Positions 52,966-61,200 of a DNA stretch of 64,000 nucleotides are shown here, in pieces. Position numbers and translations under genes: made by a program. Every line of letters begins with the position of its first letter. Position 1 is the stretch's first letter. The stretch lies in NCBI GenBank assembly GCA_965214835.1, contig CBDCCK010000002.1, positions 1,888,001 through 1,952,000 of the forward strand, in the 5' to 3' direction. The notes below the pieces were generated by a model. That model saw only the letters and a list, made by a program, of their open reading frames with translations, ran no database searches and was not told where the DNA came from. Origin of the DNA: Nitrosopumilaceae archaeon. GTDB lineage: Archaea > Thermoproteota > Nitrososphaeria > Nitrososphaerales > Nitrosopumilaceae.

Positions 52966-54412
52966 TCCATGGTAAAACGCCCGCCAGTAACATGGCGACG
53001 TTCCTTTCGTCTTCTGATCCGTGCCTAGTCGGCCGGGCCGTGCTTTATAGCTAACGCTAGCAATACGCACGAGCCAGTCCTGTCGCACCTGCCAGGGTGC
53101 GGGCGGATCATTGGGTGGGTGGGTGGGGGATGGAAGGTGGTAATCCTATGCCGTTCCCGCCAGTTCTGTCACCCTCTTGATCTTCTTGTCGTACAGGACA
53201 GCATTGCGCGATGAATACACAGTCTTTGTCGTCAGCATGTGCCAGATTATCCTGAGCATCTTGTTTGCAACATGCGTTATCGCTATGACGTGGTTGTTGC
53301 CGTTCCTTTTGCGGACCCTCTCGTAGAACTCCCTCATCCTGTCGTCGTGCTGTACGGCGACGTTGGCTATCTGGATCATCAGCCAGTTGATCCTGCGGTT
53401 TGCATCCTTTTTCATGTGGCCGTGGTACTCGCGTTCCCCCGACTGGTACACCCGGGGACACATGCCGGCCCAGGACACAAGCTGGTTCGGCGATGGAAAC
53501 CTGGCTATGTCACCGATCTCTGCTATCAGCAGCATTGCTGCAAAGGTGTCTATTCCCGTCATGCTCAACAGCAGCTTGGCATCCTCGTTCGATCCTGCCT
53601 GTCTTCCTATGTCCTCCCCTGCCTGGCCTATCTCCTCTGTGACGTGTACAATCCTCCTAGTGCAGCTTGCCAGTATCCTGTCATCGTTTGGCATGTTCAG
53701 CCTGGTATCGGAGATCTTCCGTATGGCCTTCTTGGAGTACATCGTGGATGCATCTATGGCTATATCGTACTTGTCAAGCCAAGCTGTGCAGCCCGTTTAT
53801 GACTGCGGTCCTCTCCTGCACCATCCGTATCCTGTACCTCATCAGCTCCCTGACATCCCTCAGCTCTGCTGATGCCACGTAGCATCGTGGTATCATTCCG
53901 GCCCTGAGCGTTTCGGCTATCTTCCTTGCATCTATCGGGTCAGTCTTTACGCTGGTCTCTGATACTATCTTCATCTTGAGGGTGTTTGCAAGCAGTATGG
54001 GGATATGCTGATCCTCAAACGCCCTGAACGTCTTTAGCCACATGTTGCCCGTTGACTCGCACGCGGCCTGGCACTTTTTGTACTCTTTTTTCAGTCGTGC
54101 AGCAAGCTTTGATGCCTCCTTGTACGTGTTGTTATACGAGCCCTCCTCTAGCACGTGTCCCTTGGCGTCGATGACGCACACTGCGCATTTTCTCTTTCCA
54201 ATGTCTATTCCTATGCTTCTCAATCCTTTTCTTTCACCTCCTTTCGGATATGGTTTGACAGATCAGAAGCTGCATTCATCCATCAGTGCGCGTAGCACAG
54301 GAACACAGCAGCTCGGATATCCCCATTCAACAGGTAGTGCGCGAAGCACATGCATAACGAGGGGTTGATCCATCACCCTGGCTACGGCGGGGGCGTTTTT
54401 ATCATGTGTTCA
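52964..54412 (-). mobile_element. IS110-family element, transposase 53146..54223 with one frameshift (~53780); CA core at both junctions
   Basis: IGIDIGK, ACESTG, KTDPIDA, GIDTFAA, WAGMCPRVYQSG. Confidence 0.9.
54262..54385 (-). ncRNA. Candidate IS110 bridge RNA
   Basis: Two internal loops closed by twin GTGCT(T/A)CGCGCAC hairpins; four loop strands match target and donor halves. Confidence 0.82.
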
Positions 54413-54522
54413 ACAGACTAGACAGGAACACCATTTTTTATAGATCGATTGGCGAAAAAATCATGCCAATTTGTTCAAAACATTCAGACACTTAAAAGGG
54501 AGATACATTTTCAACTACTGTA

Positions 54523-55248
54523 GTGGAAGAAATAAGCACAAAAATTTCGGAGAGGGACGAAATGTTCAAGACTACTGCCTCCCACAACCATCCGGATCCC
54601 AAACTCGCATACCTGAACGGAGGAAAGATGATAATTGAGACCGTAACTGATATTTTGAAAAAATGGGGGCCGGAGTTGCTGAACGGCAAAAACATCCTAG
54701 ATTATGGGTGCGGCCATGGAAGGGTGGCCAGGCACATCAAGCGCCTAAACCCGGCAAAATTGGTATGCGCCGACGTTTGGGACGATGCAGTGGGCTTTTG
54801 CGCCAGAGAGTTCTCGGCAGATCCATTTGTTATCTCAGATGACAGCCCGATTTCTAGCAGGTGGCAGTCATTTTTTGACGTGGTCATCAGCATTTCAGTT
54901 TTTAGCCACCTTCCGCCCGCAAGGTTTGAGAGGAATTTGACGGCCCTGCAAAAGGCAATGAGGGGGGGGGGAATCCTGCTGTATACAACCCACGGGAATT
55001 TTTCAGCGAAAAAAAGGAGTCTGACCATCCCGGATTCAAATTTCAGATATGGGCCGGTTGGCGCAAAGCCCAACCATACTGATGGAAGGCTACCGGTGGA
55101 GGAATACAGCTTCATGTGCACCAACCCGGAGTACAACAAGAGCATGGTTTCCAAGGCAGGCTTGAGCCTGTTGGAATTCAGGGAGCAGGGAATAAATGAA
55201 CAGGATTTGTATGTTGTTAAGAAACCGCAGGGTACTGGATCATTCTAA
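54523..55248 (+). CDS. Class I SAM-dependent methyltransferase
   Basis: ILDYGCGHGRV, FDVVISISVFSHL, GGILLYTTHG; contains a G10 tract. Confidence 0.88.
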   Translation: MEEISTKISERDEMFKTTASHNHPDPKLAYLNGGKMIIETVTDILKKWGPELLNGKNILDYGCGHGRVARHIKRLNPAKLVCADVWDDAVGFCAREFSADPFVISDDSPISSRWQSFFDVVISISVFSHLPPARFERNLTALQKAMRGGGILLYTTHGNFSAKKRSLTIPDSNFRYGPVGAKPNHTDGRLPVEEYSFMCTNPEYNKSMVSKAGLSLLEFREQGINEQDLYVVKKPQGTGSF

Positions 55249-55428
55249 ACGACCTGTCTTTGAGGGCAGGGCATGACTCGGACTGCCGGTGTCCACATCA
55301 AAAAACGGAATCATGGTTTTGACATGTCGTGCCTGTTTTACACCTCGGCCCCCGTGCCCGGCCCTAACCGATTACAGAACCCAGGCATGAAATATACAAA
55401 TAATTAACTGTAATCCGACAAATCCTCC

Positions 55429-56205
55429 ATGGTGGCTCTGCCGTTTGCGGATTTGTGGCAAAATAAGGCACTGGTTGTGAGCTTTTCCTGGTATTTGATC
55501 AAGATACGCTACAAGGCAAACCACCTTGGTCTGATCTGGGCCGGACTGGAACCGATGCTGTTCTTTGTTTTCCTGCACCTAGTGTTTACAAGCATCAAAT
55601 TCGGGTCTGGGGACGACTTTTCAATATACCTGCTGACGGGAATCGTCCTCTATCATGCATTTGCAAAGGGTACTAACGCGGGACTCTCCAGCCTGAGGGA
55701 TAACGCGAACCTGGTCACATCGCTCAACATAAGAAGGGAGTTCTTTCCCGTCTCCTCCACCTCGGCCTCTGCCATCTTGCTGATGGTGGAAGTCGCGGTG
55801 TTTTTCATGATAATGCCGTTTATCGGGTTTACGCCGACGGCCGACATGATATTCTTGCCGCTGATATTGGGCCTGCTTCTCGTCCTGATCTTGGGGATGT
55901 CGTACATTCTGTCAATAGTCTATACGTATGTTACAGACATCAGGCCCCTGTGGGGGGTCATCGTGCAGGCGCTGTTTTTCATCACCCCTGTCTTTTGGCG
56001 TCTGGAGGATGCGCACGAGATCGCAGGAAGCATACAGATGGTGAATCCGATCGGACAACTGGTGGAGCTGGCGCACGGGGTGGTCATATATGACGTCCCG
56101 CCCGTAAGCGAGTGGGCCTATACCACTGCCATGATTTTCGGGATATTTGCATTCGGATACGTGCTGTTTCACAGGCTTGAGAAAAACATTGCGGAGAGAA
56201 TCTAG
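55429..56205 (+). CDS. wzm: Polysaccharide ABC exporter permease (divergent third copy)
   Basis: IKIRYKANHLGLIWAGLEP, FFITPVFW, NPIGQLVE. Confidence 0.9.
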   Translation: MVALPFADLWQNKALVVSFSWYLIKIRYKANHLGLIWAGLEPMLFFVFLHLVFTSIKFGSGDDFSIYLLTGIVLYHAFAKGTNAGLSSLRDNANLVTSLNIRREFFPVSSTSASAILLMVEVAVFFMIMPFIGFTPTADMIFLPLILGLLLVLILGMSYILSIVYTYVTDIRPLWGVIVQALFFITPVFWRLEDAHEIAGSIQMVNPIGQLVELAHGVVIYDVPPVSEWAYTTAMIFGIFAFGYVLFHRLEKNIAERI

Positions 56206-56934
56206 ATGGAAAAGCCGTTCATTTCAATCCGCAACGTGACAAAAACATTTAACGTCTCGCAAAGCAGTGAAAAAAGATCCCTTTTCTCCATGCTGAAAGA
56301 ACGAAAAAAGATGGTCGCGCTAAAAAACCTGTCCCTCGACATAGAAGGGGGGAGCGTTGTCGGAATAATAGGCTCCAACGGAAGCGGCAAGACCACCCTT
56401 CTGAGGATAATCGCTGGAATTCTCGAGCCCGATTCGGGAACGGTGAGTATAGGCGGAAATATCGCGCCGTTGTTTCAGATCGGAGCCGGGTTTCACAGGG
56501 ATCTAAACGCCCGGGAGAACATAATGATCTCGGCGATGCTGTCCGGGCTGCCAAGGCACGCCATCAAAAAGAAAATCCCCGAGATTTTAAAATTTGCAGA
56601 ACTTGAGGAGTTCAGGGAGATGAAGATAAAGCACTATTCGGCAGGAATGAAGGCCAGACTGGCGTTTTCGACTGCAATACTAGTCGATCCTGACATACTT
56701 TTGGTCGATGAGATCCTCTCCGTCGGCGACATTTCGTTCAGGAAAAAAAGCCTTGCCGAATTTTTAAAGCTAAGGAACGAAAGAAAGGTAATACTTCTGA
56801 CCACGCATAACATGAGTGCTGTAAGAGACATCTGCGACTGTGTGATAGTCATGGACGGGGGAAGAATGATATTCCAGGGAGACACGTCTGAGGGAATTGA
56901 AAAGTTTGTGGAGATCTCAAGATCGCAAAAATAG
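56206..56934 (+). CDS. wzt: Polysaccharide ABC exporter ATPase without a C-terminal binding domain
   Basis: GSNGSGKTT, YSAGMKARLAFS, LLVDEILSVGD. Confidence 0.92.
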   Translation: MEKPFISIRNVTKTFNVSQSSEKRSLFSMLKERKKMVALKNLSLDIEGGSVVGIIGSNGSGKTTLLRIIAGILEPDSGTVSIGGNIAPLFQIGAGFHRDLNARENIMISAMLSGLPRHAIKKKIPEILKFAELEEFREMKIKHYSAGMKARLAFSTAILVDPDILLVDEILSVGDISFRKKSLAEFLKLRNERKVILLTTHNMSAVRDICDCVIVMDGGRMIFQGDTSEGIEKFVEISRSQK

Positions 56935-56935
56935 C

Positions 56936-57766
56936 TTAGACGTAGCCAAATTTTCGAAGGATCGGCTCCGATATCCCCATTATGGTGTCATGCTCCTCGC
57001 CTGAAAAGGCCTCCTTCCACCCGCCCACCTTTGCGCTCCTGTAAAACTTGCCGTCTCCCCTTAGATCTTCATCAATATTCTCAAAGGCGTACTTGTCTAC
57101 CTTTGAGGCCAGATCCTCGTCTGTGATCGAGACGTCAAGGAAGCTGTAAACTCGCTTTGTTTGTGCAAGCGTGTCTGTGCGCAGATCCTCGTACTTTACC
57201 AGCAGCCTGTTTTCGGGCGAATGGTTCTCAAAGGCAAAGGAGACATGTTTTAGCGAGTTTGCCCAATTTTTTGCAAATTTCTTAATGCGCTCATTTCTGC
57301 CCTTGTCTGTTGCCCAGATGACGCCGTTTTCATTCCAAGAGCCCTTGTTTGTAGCGTTGATCTGCGAATCTACCACGTCCCTTCCATCCCTAATCAAAAA
57401 TATCATCTTCGAATCCGGCAAGGCGCCCACCACTGCAGGTGCCCCAAAACCGGCATTGGGATCCTTGATTATGATGTTTTTCGCAGTTGTGCTGAATTGG
57501 GCATGGGCCCTGTTGAGAATTAACTTTCTTAGATGGTATTTCCACACGTCCTGGTATTTTTTTGAAAGAAAATACGGATCTCCTCTATTCGTTTGCCAGT
57601 CTGAAACACTCGCAAAGTGATTGCCGATGTACGGTTCGTCCCAAATGAGATTTTCCGGATGGTTCAACAACTGGGTGCCCAGCCACGTGGATCCGCTTCT
57701 TCCAGATCCCGTGAGCCAGACCATTTTTTTTTCAAGATCACGCTCTTCGATTGATGTCAGCTCCAT
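56936..57766 (-). CDS. PAPS-dependent sulfotransferase
   Basis: GSGRSGSTWL, LIRDGRDVVDS, VKYEDL, FYRSAKVGGWK. Confidence 0.9.
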   Translation of the reverse strand: MELTSIEERDLEKKMVWLTGSGRSGSTWLGTQLLNHPENLIWDEPYIGNHFASVSDWQTNRGDPYFLSKKYQDVWKYHLRKLILNRAHAQFSTTAKNIIIKDPNAGFGAPAVVGALPDSKMIFLIRDGRDVVDSQINATNKGSWNENGVIWATDKGRNERIKKFAKNWANSLKHVSFAFENHSPENRLLVKYEDLRTDTLAQTKRVYSFLDVSITDEDLASKVDKYAFENIDEDLRGDGKFYRSAKVGGWKEAFSGEEHDTIMGISEPILRKFGYV

Positions 57767-57811
57767 TTGGTTTACTAGGCATGCTCCCGGTTATTACACT
57801 TTGCGTGTTTG

Positions 57812-57998
57812 TAGTTTGTTGCATAACCCTGCCTAAAATTTGAAACCTGGCCGAAAATCACCGGAATGATCAACTGATTCTGGCCGAAAAAGTAATGGAT
57901 CATGAGGCTGCCTCGTATGACATACATTGACACGCACGGACAGTGCAAAGTACGCAGGGAGGGGGGGGGGGACAGGCCTGGTCGTCAGGTACGACCCG
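57812..57998 (+). mobile_element. Left-end remnant of the IS903-like IS5 element (shorter copy at ~33815)
   Basis: Matches 21337..21497 and continues across the IS630 insertion point. Confidence 0.85.
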
Positions 57999-58217
57999 AA
58001 ATTAGATACCGGGTAAATGCCAGGATTTTTCCGTACGTCTGCCAGGTAGTTTTACAGACAGACAGTCTGCCATTTGCAGGCATTATCTTGATCGATCTGA
58101 TGCAAGTTCGCTTACACATGATCAGAGTCCGCCGACTTCTAGCCGGCCCTCTGGGAAGCAAACTATTGCCATCGCACATGCAGTATGTTATTAATACGTG
58201 AGTCTTTTTTCATTGGT

Positions 58218-61200
58218 ATGAGCACACCGCCTGCGTGCGACATCATCATCATCGTGACCCGTAACGATCTGGATGGCACAAAAAGGTGTCTTGAGAGCAT
58301 AGAAAAGAACAGGGGCGCCATATCCTACAGGTACATATTCGTGGACAACGGCTCGACGGACGGAACCATTCAGTACCTGAAGCGGTTTGACGGCTCGGCG
58401 CTGATCAGAAACAAAAGGGACGCCGGTTTCGTAAGGGCCATGAACCAGGGACTGGAAAGGGTCCGCGCAGAGTATGCCGTCTGGCTGGACAGCGGCGTCA
58501 TCGTGACCCCTGGCTGGCTGGACACGCTCGTGGGGCACCTTGAGAGGAACCCGGATGCCGGGGCCGTCGGGCCCATGAGCAACACGGCAGGTGTCATGCA
58601 GCGCGACTATTCGTGCGGCGTGGGGGCCGAACCGGCGGAGATAGCCGAGTACGGCAGGGACTTTCACGCCAGACATGAGGGCCTGACGGCCGAATACCAC
58701 AGGATCGGGGGCTTTTGCATGGTGGTCAGATCGGAGCTTGCGGCCGGCATAGGGCCACTGGACGAGGGGTTCAACTTCGGGCCGCTGTACGACGACGACT
58801 ATTGCAGGAGAGTGCGGGAGGCCGGCGGCGCGGTCTTGGTTGCCAGGGACGTGTTTGTCTACCGCACGGACGGCGAGGCACCCCCGAGCGCCGGGGATCC
58901 GGACTCGAGCCCGCCGTTTGTGGATCAGAAGAACAGGGACTATTTCCTGCGCAAGTGGGTGCCACAAGGCGGGGGCAGAACCGCCAATCAGCCATCCGGA
59001 ACCCCGCTCGTTTCCGTAATAATGGCCACACAAGACAGGGAATCCACAATCCCCCTTGCGATCAAATCGGTATTGTCACAAACGTACGAGAATTTCGAGC
59101 TGATCATAGTCAACGACGGGGGAAGGGACATCAAGGGCATAATCGACGGGTTTGGGGATCCCAGGATCAAGTACATCAGGCTAGAGGAGCACAGGGGCAA
59201 GTCCTATGCCAACAACTATGCAATAGACAGGGCAGGCGGCGAGCTCATCGCGTACCTGGATGACGATGACAGGCTGTATCCGGATCACCTAGAGGTCACC
59301 GTGGGCGAGCTTGTCAGGTTCGAGTCCAGGATGCTCGTATATGCGGACTATGTCAAGACCTACTGTAAAACAGATCAAAACGGGGTACAGGTGCCGATCA
59401 GAAAGGAGCTAGAGATCCTGGAGAACGCAGCGTACGATCCGCTGGATCAGTCCAACTTCATACCCAACTTTGCTGTGGTACACAAAAGGGAGCTGTTTGA
59501 CGCAGAGAGATACGACGAGGAGCTGGAGGTTTTCGAGGACTGGGACATTCTGAGGAGGTTTTCCAAGCACGCCTACTTTGTGCACATTCCAAAGGCGACC
59601 GGGGAGTACTGGATCAACACACAGGACTCGACGCGTAACTTTAGCAGGTTCATGGATAAAAACAGGGATGTCGTCGCCAGTTACATAAGAACAAAGTACA
59701 CCACTACAAAAAGCCGCACGCTGCTGGATCTCTTCAGTGCAGACCGGCTGGCAAAATCCTCAGAGTGGTCCGACGCACTGGTAGCATACAGGAGCATACT
59801 CCAGACGGATCCAGAATACATTCCCGCCTTGGAGGGGTGTGCAAGATGCCTGTACAACCTGCGACGATACAGTGACTGCTCCAAAGTTTTGGATCGGGTG
59901 CTCGGACACGACAGGTACAACTATGAAATGTACATGCTACAGGGCAACGCACTGGCCAACACCGGCGACTATGGCGGGGCCCGAACATGGATGGAGCTTG
60001 CACTGGTAGTCGGTCACGACGCTGGCGCCCTGCGCATGCTACAGGACTGCTATGAAAACCTGCAAGGACAGGATTCCGGCGAGTTCATCGGTCTGCAGGC
60101 GCGGGAAATGCTGGACGTGGAAGCAACCGCGGTCGATCAGCAGACACCAGAGTCAGAGCTTGCCGACAGATACGAGAAGCTGCAGGCCGAGGTTGACGAG
60201 AAAAACGCCCGTGCGCTGCACCTTGACGAGGAGATAGGCACCAAGGGAGAGAGGCTGCAGGAGCTGCAGGCCGAGGTTGACGAGAAAAACGCCCGTGCGC
60301 TGCACCTTGACGAGGAGATAGGCACCAAGGGAGAGAGGCTGCAGGAGCTGCAGGCCGAGGTTGACGAGAAAAACGCCCGTGCGCTGCACCTTGACGAGGA
60401 GATAGGCACCAAGGGAGAGAGGCTGCAGGAGCTGCAGGCCGAGGTTGACGAGAAAAACGCCCGTGCGCTGCACCTTGACGAGGAGATAGGCACCAAGGGA
60501 GAGAGGCTGCAGGAGCTGCAGGCCGAGGTTGACGAGAAAAACGCCCGTGCGCTGCACCTTGACGAGGAGATAGGCACCAAGGGCAAGAGTAAGAGCAATC
60601 TTCAGATGAGACTAGATTCGGCCAGAAAAACTTTGGAGCGTAAAGAGTCACAAATAGCGGATCTGCGACGGCAGCTGCATGCACAGCACAACGAATCTGA
60701 GGAGATCAGGCAGTCCATCTTGTTTAAAACGGCGACCAGCCTTGCCAAAAAACTAGACAGGTCGTTCCCACAGAATACCCGAAGGGGCGAGATACTCAGG
60801 CTGTCCAAGGCATCACTCGACATAATCCAAAATGATGGATATGTGGCTCTTCTAAGAGCCATCAGGGAGAAACGGCGTGGCAGAGCTGGATCCGACGCCA
60901 AGGACACCGTCATCGTATCTGAAAAAACCAAGCAGCACCTTGACGAGGCATCTGCGGCCGACTCTGCAGGCACCCAGATAGATGAGCTGGAGAGAGACAA
61001 GGCAGAGCTGGGCACCCAGGTAGATGAGCTGGAGAGAGACAAGGCAGAGCTGGGCACCCAGGTAGATGAGCTGGAGAGAGACAAGGCAGAGCTGGGCACC
61101 CAGGTAGATGAGCTGGAGAGAGACAAGGCAGAGCTGGGCACCCAGGTAGATGAGCTGGAGAGAGACAAGGCAGAGCTGGGCACCCAGGTAGATGAGCTGG

